Assembly: GCA_964634935.1 (NCBI GenBank)
Contig: CAZWJT010000001.1
Location: forward strand, 160,949-224,948
Length of the DNA stretch: 64,000 nucleotides
Source of the DNA: an uncultured Planctomycetia bacterium
Lineage (GTDB): Bacteria > Omnitrophota > Gorgyraeia > Duberdicusellales > Duberdicusellaceae
Reading direction: 5' to 3'
Shown here: piece by piece, positions 19,552 to 29,680 of the stretch
How the letters are laid out: each line of letters begins with the position of its first letter
Numbering within the stretch: position 1 is the first letter of the stretch
Position numbers and translations under genes: made by a program
Notes under the pieces: model-generated
What the model saw: the letters and a program-made list of their open reading frames with translations, nothing else
What the model was told of the DNA's origin: nothing
The model's database searches: none

Positions 19552-20265
19552 TTACCGAATTTCCTGGAAAAAAGAAACGATACTCACCAGAGAAACACAG
19601 GCAGTTTCAGAGCGGAGAGTAAAAGGAGACAAGCAGATGGCGCGCGAACCTTTCTCCCTTAAGAGCACGATTTCCTCTGAGCTGAACCCACCTTCCGGAC
19701 CAACAAAAAGTAACGCTTTTTTTGCAGAATTTCCCTGAGGAATATTCTGAACGCCCGAAAAATCCGCAAAATAGGAACTCGGATATTTTTGAATTAACTC
19801 CGCGAGTTCCTGCAACGGAGAAATTTCTCGAAGTATGGGAATATCAAGACGCCCAGACTGGCGCGATGCCTCCTGAATAATTTTAAAAAACCTTTCTTTT
19901 TTGAAGTTAAATCTCGCAGGAAGAACTGTGTGGCATGAAGTAAAAGGCATAAATTCAGCTACTCCAAGCTCTGTGCATTTTTGAAGAATATATTCTAACC
20001 TTGGAGGCTTAATTAACGCAAACGCAAGAACCACAGAGGAGGAACCTACTGCAGAAGATTGATGCTCCCGTACATCTACCTCGATACCATCGCTGGTTAT
20101 CCTTTGGATAACACTTTGATATTCGTTCCCTTTTCCGTCAAAGACGATAACCTGGTCTCCTGGTTTTTTCCTAAGAACATTTTTCAGCTTATGGATAATA
20201 TCCTTATTCGTTATCCGCATGCCGCAAGCATCAATTCTCGGAACATATATCCGGTCTTTCTTCAT
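19552..20265 (-). CDS. rsmE: 16S rRNA (uracil1498-N3)-methyltransferase RsmE
   Basis: PUA-like N-terminus and the SPOUT C-terminal motif LFVGPEGGFSSEE; 237 aa. Confidence 0.8.
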   Translation of the reverse strand: MKKDRIYVPRIDACGMRITNKDIIHKLKNVLRKKPGDQVIVFDGKGNEYQSVIQRITSDGIEVDVREHQSSAVGSSSVVLAFALIKPPRLEYILQKCTELGVAEFMPFTSCHTVLPARFNFKKERFFKIIQEASRQSGRLDIPILREISPLQELAELIQKYPSSYFADFSGVQNIPQGNSAKKALLFVGPEGGFSSEEIVLLREKGSRAICLSPFTLRSETACVSLVSIVSFFQEIR

Positions 20266-20290
20266 CTGGAATCAGAATTACCGCGCGCTT

Positions 20291-20806
20291 TTAATTTGCA
20301 GAGTGCTGAAGAAGAGCTGCTGAACTGTACAAGGTAACTTCTGGGTTCGTTTTAAAATCAACCGGTGCCGCGGGATTAGCGCGCACCGTAACCCCGAAAC
20401 GGACAAAACCCTTATCATATACAGGAAGCGGATTGTTATTTAAGTCAAAGGTAACGACCCGGCGTGAAAGCGTAATACATTCCGCCGGAGTACAAGCAGT
20501 AAGAATGTGCGTCGCCGTATCTAAAGCGTAAGTTACCGGGATATCCGGGGGTTTCTGTTTCAGAAGAAGCTGGCCGGCGTTAATAAAAACTCCGATATTA
20601 TTTGGATCTCCCCTTGTTTCCATAACATCTTTGGCGATATACTCAAGAATTGTCCCGGCTTCGCCAAGAAGCTGGGATTTAATATCTGAAGACCGGAAGA
20701 ATTTACGCGCGACAAGATCAAAAGAACCAGCGGCAAGCAGAATGACTCCGACTAAAGAAAGAGCCAGTATAAGCTCAATAAGCGTTGTGGCTTTGACCCT
20801 GTTCAT
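20291..20806 (-). CDS. Type IV pilin-like / pseudopilin (prepilin-type N-terminus)
   Basis: MNRVKA|TTLIELILALSLVGVIL: a class III signal with E at +5, but Thr rather than Phe at +1. Confidence 0.55.
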   Translation of the reverse strand: MNRVKATTLIELILALSLVGVILLAAGSFDLVARKFFRSSDIKSQLLGEAGTILEYIAKDVMETRGDPNNIGVFINAGQLLLKQKPPDIPVTYALDTATHILTACTPAECITLSRRVVTFDLNNNPLPVYDKGFVRFGVTVRANPAAPVDFKTNPEVTLYSSAALLQHSAN

Positions 20807-21171
20807 TTCTCTATCAAGGTATAATCCATGCGCATATCAACCTGGGTACAGGCAGGACAAGAAGCAGAAGGTGCCACAGAAGTAATCGTATAGGTAACCT
20901 GAGCAGTTTCAGTGGCATTATATTCTAAGTTTGCGACGCCTGCCCCGGGAGCAGTCACGCTCCAGGTGGGAGCAGTAGTCGTGGCTACGACATCGGCATA
21001 AATCGTATCGAGCACTTGCCTGCCAACGTTCGCAGACATGAGCCGTTCTCCGGAACGCAAGACCAATGCCCGGCTTGAGACAAAGGCGGCGATTAATCCG
21101 CCAAAAGCGATCGCAAGGATAAAGGCGGAAAGTAAAACTTCCAAAAAAGTAAATGATTTTTTTAGAATCAT
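20803..21171 (-). CDS. Type IV pilin-like / pseudopilin
   Basis: MILKKS|FTFLEVLLSAFILAIA prepilin motif with Ser at -1. The start was refined to the ATG at 21171; the upstream in-frame codon is a GTG. Confidence 0.5.
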   Translation of the reverse strand: MILKKSFTFLEVLLSAFILAIAFGGLIAAFVSSRALVLRSGERLMSANVGRQVLDTIYADVVATTTAPTWSVTAPGAGVANLEYNATETAQVTYTITSVAPSASCPACTQVDMRMDYTLIEK

Positions 21172-21172
21172 A

Positions 21173-21637
21173 TCATTCACGGCAAAACTTGTTGTCACCC
21201 CCCCCGGTCATCGCGCACACAGGAGTTGCGGCGCCAGCGGTAATAGTCCAATCCCTCTGTCTCCCGGCATCTGCTATGTTTCTCCGGGCTGTCGCGGTAA
21301 ACCCTGCAGCAAGCGCAACACTATAGTTCCAGTCTCCTCCAACCCGCAGGTTAATATCCAATGCCGCGTTACAGGCAGCGGCGTCAGCGCAGGCTACATA
21401 CTGGTGTGATGGTGACTCTAAGCGGTACTGATTTTCAGCTTGCTGGAGAATGCGTATTGCACCGATTGCGTCACGGTTCCGGGCAATTTCAACGGTAAGC
21501 AGGTAATTCGGAACGGCAAGAGCGGCTAAAATTCCAATGATCACGACAACAGTGATAACTTCAATCAGCGTAAAACAAGAAACAAAAAAACCAAACTGAC
21601 GGTTTTTCTTTAATCCATATCGGCATGTATGCTTCAT
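21173..21637 (-). CDS. Type IV pilin-like protein with an atypical leader (Cys at -1)
   Basis: ...RQFGFFVSC|FTLIEVITVVVIIGILAALAVPNY has a canonical FTLIE hydrophobic N-terminus, but Cys precedes Phe+1. The start was taken at the ATG at 21637; this is uncertain. Confidence 0.5.
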   Translation of the reverse strand: MKHTCRYGLKKNRQFGFFVSCFTLIEVITVVVIIGILAALAVPNYLLTVEIARNRDAIGAIRILQQAENQYRLESPSHQYVACADAAACNAALDINLRVGGDWNYSVALAAGFTATARRNIADAGRQRDWTITAGAATPVCAMTGGGDNKFCRE

Positions 21638-21668
21638 CGGACAAACAAAACCTAAAACGATGCGCTCG

Positions 21669-22058
21669 TTATAATCCTCCCGGGCATTCCGTTCCGCCTG
21701 CGCAACTTGCGACTCCGGCCGCACTCACAGTAATCGTATACAGTCCCCAGCGAGCGCTTGCGACAGCGTTGCGGGTGATCGTACAGCCGCCTCCCGCAGC
21801 AGGAGCCGGGTTTCCAAAGAAACGAGGCGCGTTCGGAAATTCTATGTCCAGATTCGCCAATACTGCGGTATAGGCTCCATTCTGGATGCGGAAACGCTCA
21901 TTTGCCTGCGCACAGGCTGAGGCGAGATTTACCCCCTCAGCCTGGCGGGATCTTTCAACTGAACGCATAAAAGTAGGCATAGCAGCTATTGCCAAGATGC
22001 CGATAATAACCACAACCGTGATAAGCTCAAGCAGTGTAAAAGCCCTGCTTTGCTGCAT
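21669..22058 (-). CDS. Type IV pilin (PilA-like)
   Basis: MQQSRA|FTLLELITVVVIIGILAIAAMPTF: a class III signal peptide with Ala at -1. Confidence 0.6.
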   Translation of the reverse strand: MQQSRAFTLLELITVVVIIGILAIAAMPTFMRSVERSRQAEGVNLASACAQANERFRIQNGAYTAVLANLDIEFPNAPRFFGNPAPAAGGGCTITRNAVASARWGLYTITVSAAGVASCAGGTECPGGL

Positions 22059-22078
22059 ATAGTAGTTTCTTTCAAACA

Positions 22079-22501
22079 TTATTTCTGTTGAAAGCTTGAA
22101 CACAAATCACCAAATTCACCTGCTGGACACGTCAATGTTCCGTCTGTAGCCATAGTAATAACTCCGCCGTTATATTTACCGCGGGCTTTTGTTGCTGTAG
22201 CATTCCAACTGTCAGCATTTGCTGCCGTAACTACAAATGTGTAATCGGCATCGTCCATAGAAGCTTGAGCCACTTCAGGAACTTCTGTGGCCAACTTATT
22301 TTGATTCGTTTCATACGTACTATAGAGCGTGTGGTAAATTCCTTGTGCTTTTTTCAATGTTCCTAATTTTGCGATTGCCGTACCCATACGCGCGCGCTCC
22401 ATTGCTTTTACAAACTGAGGAAACGCAACAACTGCCAAAATACCAATGATGATAATAACCGTGATCAACTCAAGTAGCGTAAAACCCTTGCTTCTTCGCA
22501 T
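22079..22501 (-). CDS. pilA: Type IV major pilin (PilA-like)
   Basis: MRRSKG|FTLLELITVIIIIGILAVVAFPQF is a canonical prepilin leader. A strong GGAGG RBS sits 8 nt upstream of the ATG at 22501. It is the first pilin gene after pilC. Confidence 0.7.
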   Translation of the reverse strand: MRRSKGFTLLELITVIIIIGILAVVAFPQFVKAMERARMGTAIAKLGTLKKAQGIYHTLYSTYETNQNKLATEVPEVAQASMDDADYTFVVTAANADSWNATATKARGKYNGGVITMATDGTLTCPAGEFGDLCSSFQQK

Positions 22502-22620
22502 AGTAAAAACCTCCTTCTTTTCTGTTGATAATTCGTTCTTTTTCATTTCTTCCCTCTTTCAATACCACCTAAGTATACCGCCTTCTCTCATAAAAATCAA
22601 CCCCCCTTTTTTACTTTGCC

Positions 22621-23850
22621 TTATCGCGCGCCTCCTCCGCTGGCAAGCTGGAACAATGGAAGAAACAATGAAATAACAATGGTTCCCACGACAAATGCCA
22701 TAAAAACGACCATTAAAGGCTCAAACAAAGCGACAAAGCGTTTCAGCCTTGTTTTTAACTGCACCTGGTAATGGTCGGATATTTTTGAGAACATTTCCGG
22801 AAGGTTACCGACTTCCTCACCCACCTTAATCATTTCAATAATCATCGGTGGAAAAAAATTAGTAAGCGCAAGTTGCTCCGAAAGTGAAGCTCCCCCGCGA
22901 ACCTTATCTTTGACATGTCCAAGAATCTGTTCTAAAACAACATTCCCTACGCTCCGCTGAGTCACCTCAAGCGCGTAGATAATCGGCACTCCGCTTTCTA
23001 AGAGAATCGCCGCTTCTGAGGCAAACTTTTCCAAGGACGCAGTATAGAAAAATTCCTTAAGAACCGGGATGCTTAATTTCAGGCGGTCCAGTGTTTGTTT
23101 CCCGGGCAGTGTTTTTTTATACCAGTTAAACCAAAAGATGAACCCGATTACCCCCAGCACCAAAAAGATAAAATTCTTTTGCAAGAAAATGCTGATTGCG
23201 AACATCGCCTGAGTGGCGATTGGAAGCGTTATGTCAAACTGCGAGAAAATTTCGTAAAATTTTGGGATAATAAAAATCGTGAAAAATAAGAGCGCTCCGG
23301 TTGCCGCGCAAAGCAGAACAATCGGATACATAATCGCCGTGACGATATCCCTGGTAAATTCCATGCGCATCTCAAGTGCCGAGGCAATTTTATCAAGCAC
23401 GCCGGCTAAATTACCGCTTGCCTCGCCAGTTTCAATAAGCCCAACCCACATCGCATCAAAATAAGCCGGGTACTTCGCAAGGGACTCGGTTAAAGAAAGT
23501 CCGGATTCAACATTCCTGGTAACCCGCCCCAGAATATCGGAAAGCGTTGAACTCTCTGCCTGCACTGAAACAATTTCAAGCGTACGCAGCAACGTGATGC
23601 CTGAAGCAAGAAGAATGGAAGCCTGCCTGCCAAATTGGGCCAAATCCTCAGTCTTGACCCCGCTGTGGGTGTGCGCTATTTTGGGCGAACCAGGCACCGT
23701 CCCTTTATCTTCAGTAAAAGGGTTGATGTTGATTACGAAAAGGCCTTGGCCTTGAATTCTCCGGATCGCTTCTTCCCGGGAGGGAGCCTCGATGATTCCC
23801 CGACTTACCTGGGATTTTCTGTCTTTTGCCGCGTAGATAAACTTAGGCAT
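22621..23850 (-). CDS. pilC: Type IV pilus / type II secretion platform protein PilC/GspF
   Basis: 409 aa with the duplicated GspF domain layout and three TM segments; the N-terminal MPKFIYAAKDRKSQVSRGIIEA is typical of PilC. Confidence 0.85.
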   Translation of the reverse strand: MPKFIYAAKDRKSQVSRGIIEAPSREEAIRRIQGQGLFVININPFTEDKGTVPGSPKIAHTHSGVKTEDLAQFGRQASILLASGITLLRTLEIVSVQAESSTLSDILGRVTRNVESGLSLTESLAKYPAYFDAMWVGLIETGEASGNLAGVLDKIASALEMRMEFTRDIVTAIMYPIVLLCAATGALLFFTIFIIPKFYEIFSQFDITLPIATQAMFAISIFLQKNFIFLVLGVIGFIFWFNWYKKTLPGKQTLDRLKLSIPVLKEFFYTASLEKFASEAAILLESGVPIIYALEVTQRSVGNVVLEQILGHVKDKVRGGASLSEQLALTNFFPPMIIEMIKVGEEVGNLPEMFSKISDHYQVQLKTRLKRFVALFEPLMVVFMAFVVGTIVISLFLPLFQLASGGGAR

Positions 23851-23877
23851 GCAGACCTCGCTTTTTTATCCGTTTTG

Positions 23878-25590
23878 CTATAAGGCAACTGACAAAATCT
23901 CTTCGATTGAAGTAATCCCTTCTTGTACCTTAAAGAGACCACTCTCAAGGAGCGAGTGTGTTCCTTTCGTCTTGGCGCACGTCATAAGCTCCTTGAGCGA
24001 AGCTTTTTTGTAAATCAAGTCGCGGATATCGTCGTCAAGAAGGATAACTTCCGAAACTATCGTCCTGCCTTTATACCCAATATAATTGCATTCTTTACAA
24101 CCGTGCGGTTCATAAACGATGTTCGTTTTAAGCTTTACCCCATACAACGTTGTTTCTCCGATTTCTTTTGGCGCGCGGCACAGAGGACAAAGTTTCCGGA
24201 CAAGACGCTGTGCCACCAGAAGCCTGACGGAAGAAGCAACGAGATAATCCGGAATTCCGATATCTTCAAGCCGGGTAATCGCTGCGGCTGCGTCATTGGT
24301 GTGTATCGTAGAAAGAACTAAGTGCCCGGTTAAAGCTGCACGCACGCAGATTTCCGCAGTCTCGAGATCACGCACTTCTCCAACCAGAATAATGTCCGGA
24401 TCCTGCCGCAAGAAGCTGCGCAAAGCCGCAGCAAATGTAAGACCGATCTCGGGTTTCACCTGAACCTGGTTTACTCCGTCTAAGCGGTATTCAACCGGAT
24501 CTTCAGCGGTAAGGATATTTTTTTCCGGAGATTTTATTTCGTTCAACGCGGCATACAAAGTCGTGCTCTTTCCCGATCCTGTCGGACCGGTTAAAAAGAC
24601 TAACCCGTAGGAAAAGTTTATCCCTTTACGGATCAAATCAAGCTCATCACCCACAAACCCCAGTTTTGCTAAATCCAAAGGTATTCTCCCCTTATCCAGG
24701 ATACGAATAACAACTTTCTCGCCGTAAATAGTCGGTATCACTGAAACGCGCATATCGATAATGCGCTTGTCGATTTTAACGCTGAACCCTCCGTCTTGAG
24801 GTAGGCGTTTTTCCGCAATATCCATCTTACAGAGAATTTTGATGCGCGAAACAATCGCAAGATGCAAGCTATTGGCCGGAGGCGGCATTTCATGGAGAAT
24901 CCCATCCATACGATACCGGAGTATAAGCCTGTCGCGCTGAGGCTCAACATGAATATCAGAGGCACCTTCCTGAATCGCCTGGGTAATAATCAGATCAACG
25001 AGTTTAATCACCGGAGCCTCTTCAGCTCGCGCAATTATTTTATCAAGACTCAGCTCCTCCCCAACTCCTTTTTCAATCTCAAGAACCTCGCCTTCAGCGG
25101 CAGACTGCTCATAGGATGCCTGGAGTGCGTCTTTGAGCATCCGGGATTTTCCGTAAAATTCTTCAACCGCGGTCAAGATGTCCGAACGGGGGGCAATTAC
25201 CGGATTAATATCGCACCCTGTTACCTTACGTAAATTATCCACGAGTAATAAATCAGTCGGGTCAAAAAGCGCGACGGTTAAAGAAGACATGGTTCTTGAA
25301 AGAGGAAGAACAATATTCTTGATCGCGAAATCATACGGAACAAGCGTGTCAAGACTCTGGTCCATCATCGGTTTCAGTTTTCCCGACTGGAGTGAAACGT
25401 AGGGAAGAGAAAGTTGCTTCCCAAGGATAACAACGAATTGTTCCTCGGTAACAAAATTCAGCTTCAGAAGAATTTCTCCCAGCCTGCCGCCTTCTTTTTT
25501 TTGAAATTCCACGGCTTCCTGAAGCTGGGACTCGCTGATAATGCCCTCCTCAAGAAGGATTGCTCCTATTTTTTTATATGTTCCGGCCAT
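23878..25590 (-). CDS. pilB: Type IV pilus assembly ATPase PilB/GspE
   Basis: N-terminal GSPII_E N1 domain, Walker A motif GPTGSGKST, Asp/His boxes, and a CxxC...CxxC zinc motif (CPLC...CKEC). Confidence 0.9.
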   Translation of the reverse strand: MAGTYKKIGAILLEEGIISESQLQEAVEFQKKEGGRLGEILLKLNFVTEEQFVVILGKQLSLPYVSLQSGKLKPMMDQSLDTLVPYDFAIKNIVLPLSRTMSSLTVALFDPTDLLLVDNLRKVTGCDINPVIAPRSDILTAVEEFYGKSRMLKDALQASYEQSAAEGEVLEIEKGVGEELSLDKIIARAEEAPVIKLVDLIITQAIQEGASDIHVEPQRDRLILRYRMDGILHEMPPPANSLHLAIVSRIKILCKMDIAEKRLPQDGGFSVKIDKRIIDMRVSVIPTIYGEKVVIRILDKGRIPLDLAKLGFVGDELDLIRKGINFSYGLVFLTGPTGSGKSTTLYAALNEIKSPEKNILTAEDPVEYRLDGVNQVQVKPEIGLTFAAALRSFLRQDPDIILVGEVRDLETAEICVRAALTGHLVLSTIHTNDAAAAITRLEDIGIPDYLVASSVRLLVAQRLVRKLCPLCRAPKEIGETTLYGVKLKTNIVYEPHGCKECNYIGYKGRTIVSEVILLDDDIRDLIYKKASLKELMTCAKTKGTHSLLESGLFKVQEGITSIEEILSVAL

Positions 25591-25618
25591 GGAAGAAATT
25601 TTTGCGCCTTACTGAGAA

Positions 25619-27160
25619 TCAATACCGCCCCATCGTAGTAAACATTCTGTCAACGCCCTGGTGCCGCTCGGAAAGAACTGTTTGTTCGCGCGCAGAACGC
25701 TCTTCAGAATCTCGGCTTAAAACAGTCTCGTTGTCGTCTTTAATGATGTGCGGAGTAAGAAAGATGAGCAACTCTCTTTCTTCTTTACCTTTCTCTTTGT
25801 AGCGGAATGCGGCTCCCAGAAATGGCAAGTCGCCCAAGAATGGCACCTTATATTTACCCTGGGAGTTTGTTGTCCGAATCAGCCCGCCGACAAGCAACGT
25901 ATGCCCGTCTTTGATTTTAACGATATCTTTTACTGATCGCTCTTCCGGGTTCATAACCTTACCGGAAACGAGGTTTTCGGCAAAAGCAATATCGCTCTCT
26001 ACCGCCTCCACGACTTTAGGTTCAAGAAATAGGGTGATCTCTCCGTTTGCTGAGTTCACCTGAGGAGTCACCCGTAAAACTGTCCCGGTTTTTGCGCGTT
26101 CAATCTCGTAAGTCACCTTCCCGTCCTCATCAATATTCTTAGTCACCCCGATTGCTTCATCGGTAGCAATCTGAATCTGGGCGGGATGATTCGAAAGCGT
26201 ATAAATTCTCGGCCGGGCAAGCGCCTTTGTCGATATGTCCTTTTTTAAAAAGTTGATTGCCGCGGCTGAACCAGTAAAGCCAAACATGCCGGGAGTAAAC
26301 CCGTCTTGTGTACCAATCGTTGCCCCGTTATTTGTGTTTCCATCGGCGCCGCCAATAATACCCTTAAAGGGAAACCCTGTCTGGAATGCAGGCCCAAGAT
26401 AGGCAAGGGTCAAGCCGTCACCGCCGCCCCATTGCACGCCCAGATGATCAGTTAAAGATTTCTTAACATCGAGCATTTCAACCTCAATCATCACCTGAGG
26501 AACTGGCTTGTCCAACTCTCGAATAACTTTCTCGATCAAAGGAAATTGAGCAGGAACGTCTGTGACGATAATTGAATTGGTCCGGTCATCTTCCGTAACC
26601 TTCCCTTGCTCTGAAAGAACTTTTTTCACTGACTCAAGAATACCAATATCGGCCTTCGTATCGCCTCCGCCGCCGCCACTACTAAGCCCAGGGGTAATTT
26701 TTGCATCTTCGCGCTTAATCCCATCGCCGAACTCTTTCGTAAGGCGGGAACTACTGACCCGCGCGTTCTTGAGATGATACACTTCTGTCTGCAGCTCCAA
26801 GGACGGTCTCCCCATCTCTTTAATAATAAAAATGCTGCTGTCTGGGTTAAAAACATAGCTTAAATTATTCGCCTTAAAAATAGTATCCATTGCGTCTTTT
26901 AACGGCACCTTATCAAGATAGAGAGTAATCTTTCTATTTTTCACCGCTTCCGATGAAACAAAATTAATACCGGTCTGCTGGGATAAAACCTTCAGTACGT
27001 CAACTAAATCAGCGCCCTCAAGATCCATTGAAATATTCTTTTCCACTGAAGCAAGAAGATAGTCCCCGTACGTGTCTTCCGGAGACTCTAACGATGCGAA
27101 TATTTTTAAGTCTAAACACAGAAAAGCGAAAACAATAAAAACGATTTTTATAACCTTCAT
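25619..27160 (-). CDS. pilQ: Type IV pilus secretin PilQ (GspD family)
   Basis: Signal peptide, N0/N1-like domains, and the conserved secretin C-terminal domain (...VPFLGDLPFLGAAFR...). Confidence 0.8.
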   Translation of the reverse strand: MKVIKIVFIVFAFLCLDLKIFASLESPEDTYGDYLLASVEKNISMDLEGADLVDVLKVLSQQTGINFVSSEAVKNRKITLYLDKVPLKDAMDTIFKANNLSYVFNPDSSIFIIKEMGRPSLELQTEVYHLKNARVSSSRLTKEFGDGIKREDAKITPGLSSGGGGGDTKADIGILESVKKVLSEQGKVTEDDRTNSIIVTDVPAQFPLIEKVIRELDKPVPQVMIEVEMLDVKKSLTDHLGVQWGGGDGLTLAYLGPAFQTGFPFKGIIGGADGNTNNGATIGTQDGFTPGMFGFTGSAAAINFLKKDISTKALARPRIYTLSNHPAQIQIATDEAIGVTKNIDEDGKVTYEIERAKTGTVLRVTPQVNSANGEITLFLEPKVVEAVESDIAFAENLVSGKVMNPEERSVKDIVKIKDGHTLLVGGLIRTTNSQGKYKVPFLGDLPFLGAAFRYKEKGKEERELLIFLTPHIIKDDNETVLSRDSEERSAREQTVLSERHQGVDRMFTTMGRY

Positions 27161-27185
27161 ATTCCTGCCTCCCCTTTTTCCAAGA

Positions 27186-27545
27186 CTATAAGCCTTTCAA
27201 TTTTCGCTTAGGACTGAAGATAAAAACTTTTTCCTCCAGAATAATCGTAACCGCGTTATTTTCTATCTTGGTAATAACCGCATCCGGGTTATTTTTTAGT
27301 TTATCTCCTACGATATATACTTCGCCATCAATAATCGCCTGCGGCTTCTCGGTACCCCAAAAAACACCATCCACCCGCACTTCCAAAGTGATATCTTCTC
27401 CGGTCTTACGGATCTTTTTTTGTCCTGCCCCGGATGTTTGGGTAACCTTGCGCTTCTCAGGAAGAAGCCTCTTAAAGGGATCCCTTGCTTCACCCTGAAC
27501 GCACGCGAATACAAAACAAAAGAAAAAAATGATTCTCTTATTCAT
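27186..27545 (-). CDS. Pilus assembly lipoprotein PilP-like
   Basis: Signal peptide with lipobox (VFAC) followed by the RDPF motif, with a small beta-domain; it sits directly upstream of pilQ. Confidence 0.55.
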   Translation of the reverse strand: MNKRIIFFFCFVFACVQGEARDPFKRLLPEKRKVTQTSGAGQKKIRKTGEDITLEVRVDGVFWGTEKPQAIIDGEVYIVGDKLKNNPDAVITKIENNAVTIILEEKVFIFSPKRKLKGL

Positions 27546-27547
27546 CC

Positions 27548-28075
27548 CTATATCCCCAGCTTTTCCCTGTCAACACTTAACCCTTGAATCTCAAGCTCAA
27601 TAGATAACGTCGAATCATCCTGAGACTGCCGGCTTAAGCGCACCGTAGAAACCCTCACCATTTTTCCTTTGCCTTCCAATACATTTAAGAACTTCACGAG
27701 CATCTCATAGGTACCCGAGGTGCGAAAAGCTACAAGCACCGGCTGAAAAATCTCCTTTTCCTGTCCGGAACGATAGAGCGGACGGCTGGAGGTTATCTCC
27801 AGGCGGGCTTCCCGGGCAAGATCATTGATCATTTTTGAAAGCGTGTAGGCGTCGCTTTCTATGAAGCGCTTAATCGCCCCTTCAGCGTAAGATTTTTTCT
27901 CTTTCAACTCCTCGATCGCCGCGTGTTTCTCTTTTTGTAGCGTTATCTTTTGCTCAAGCATCCTCAGATCGCTCTCGCTTTTTTCCTTCAGATACTTATA
28001 CCCGTAATACGTCCCGACTCCGAGCAAAATAACAATCACAAAGTTTTTATAACGCTTTACGATTAGGTCTATCAT
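27548..28075 (-). CDS. Pilus assembly protein PilO-like
   Basis: Single N-terminal TM, a coiled-coil, and a C-terminal domain; positioned between pilMN and pilP. Confidence 0.5.
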   Translation of the reverse strand: MIDLIVKRYKNFVIVILLGVGTYYGYKYLKEKSESDLRMLEQKITLQKEKHAAIEELKEKKSYAEGAIKRFIESDAYTLSKMINDLAREARLEITSSRPLYRSGQEKEIFQPVLVAFRTSGTYEMLVKFLNVLEGKGKMVRVSTVRLSRQSQDDSTLSIELEIQGLSVDREKLGI

Positions 28076-29679
28076 TTTTTCACCTTAACCGCTAATTTCA
28101 CTTCCATGCTAAACTTTGTTACACCGTACCCCTCAAGGTCCCCCCGCTCAGTAAATTGGGGGTTTGCCTCGCTGATAATTCCCGGACCGAACGAATCTTC
28201 CTGGCGAAGCTTATCGATGAAATCATTCAGGCTCTTCATTTCTCTCTGTTCATCCGCCAGAAAAACATACCCGTTAAAACTAAATTTTGAAAACGCGTCA
28301 TTTGAGAAATTTAAACTCTCAAACCATACCCCCGGAGAAAGAATCTTTGCCAAGGCATCGAAATAGCCGCTTACGGGCTGTAAATACACTTTTTCTTTTT
28401 CTCTTACTTGCGCTACGGACTTTTCCAAATTACTGATTTTTGCCTTAATCGTCTCGAGACTGAGATTTTTTGCATCATCGGTGATCAGATAATCCTTCTG
28501 AACCCGCAGCCACTCGCTATTTTTCTCATCGAGTTTCTTACTTTCTTGGAGCAGGAAAGTCCCAAGAATAGCCCCTGCAATAACCAAGGCGCTTCCGATA
28601 ACTTTAAAATTGAGCGGAACCGGGACAATTTCTTTGGGCGTCCCTTTCTGGATCAACTTCCCTACATCTATCTTGGGCATAGACAAAGACAACCCTGGGG
28701 CTTTTGGCTGGTATGAACGGGCAAGATCTATTTCGAATGGGTACGGTAAAGAACGCCGCAAAGCAATCGCGTATGCCTTCAAAGTCTCCATATTCTCGAA
28801 ACTCAGCTTATCCACTAACGTAGCTGGAGTAAAAATTTCAACAGGCATGTTAAGATCAGCGGAAAACGTAGCAAAATAATCCCGGTAACCTTCTTCAGTA
28901 ATGATATAAATCCGCTCTACAACTTCACCACTCAGTTCCCTTCGGTAGTAATCAAAAGTGAGCCGCAGATCGTCGAGAAACTTGAGCATATCCAATTCTT
29001 TGTCAGCCCGCAAGGAAACCTTGGAGCATCTGCCAAAACAGGGAAAAAATCGATCGTTAAAAATATATACGTCGACTTCGCTTCCCCAACAGGAAAGAAC
29101 GGCGAAGTTTTTGGTCCCAGGAGCAATCTTTCTGCCGTTCTTCAGCATCCGGGCAAAAGCCATTCCCGTAGGATGAATATTCTTGATCGTAAGGCCTAAA
29201 TTGCCGAAAACTGTGCGATAGCGCTCAACCAGTTCTTTTTTAATACCGACAAAACCAACATCAGTGGCTTTTGCCTTCATCTTTTTCTGGGTGACAAAAT
29301 CCCAGAGCATATCTTCGATCTTAAAAGGAATATATTTTTCGGCTTCTATCGGGATAGAAACAAGCGCTTCTTTACGGCTCATCTGAGGAACATCGAAAAA
29401 CCGGAAAATAACATCGTTCTCGTACACTCCGACAAAAACTTCTTTTGTCTCAGTCTTGATCTCCCGCAGGCCTTTGCGGATCAACGCTTCGAGCTTGATA
29501 TCTTCAGTTAAATTTTCCGCGTTTATTTCTTCTTCGATAGAAGCGTAGGAAATAAATGTAGTAAGAATCTCTTTTTTGGGAATGACCCGGGCAAATCCAA
29601 CGCCATCTTTCCCCAGATATACACTCACGGTTTCCTGAGACTGGCCAAAAGGAAGATTCTTTAAGAATGGTATATCCAT
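28072..29679 (-). CDS. Fused PilM-PilN pilus assembly protein
   Basis: The N-terminal ~330 aa form an actin-like PilM fold (...IPIEAEKYIPFKIEDM...). One TM follows (VIGSALVIAGAILGTFLL), then a ~160 aa periplasmic PilN-like domain. Total 535 aa. Confidence 0.6.
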   Translation of the reverse strand: MDIPFLKNLPFGQSQETVSVYLGKDGVGFARVIPKKEILTTFISYASIEEEINAENLTEDIKLEALIRKGLREIKTETKEVFVGVYENDVIFRFFDVPQMSRKEALVSIPIEAEKYIPFKIEDMLWDFVTQKKMKAKATDVGFVGIKKELVERYRTVFGNLGLTIKNIHPTGMAFARMLKNGRKIAPGTKNFAVLSCWGSEVDVYIFNDRFFPCFGRCSKVSLRADKELDMLKFLDDLRLTFDYYRRELSGEVVERIYIITEEGYRDYFATFSADLNMPVEIFTPATLVDKLSFENMETLKAYAIALRRSLPYPFEIDLARSYQPKAPGLSLSMPKIDVGKLIQKGTPKEIVPVPLNFKVIGSALVIAGAILGTFLLQESKKLDEKNSEWLRVQKDYLITDDAKNLSLETIKAKISNLEKSVAQVREKEKVYLQPVSGYFDALAKILSPGVWFESLNFSNDAFSKFSFNGYVFLADEQREMKSLNDFIDKLRQEDSFGPGIISEANPQFTERGDLEGYGVTKFSMEVKLAVKVKK

Positions 29680-29680
29680 C

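Noticed and set aside
21637-21724. Longer N-terminal extension of the third pilin gene (MRPESQVAQAERNAREDYNERIVLGFVCP...)
   Set aside because: The extension would produce a ~50-aa leader before FTLIE, which is incompatible with prepilin peptidase substrates. It also overlaps the upstream pilin gene, so the internal ATG at 21637 is preferred, though it still gives an atypical leader.
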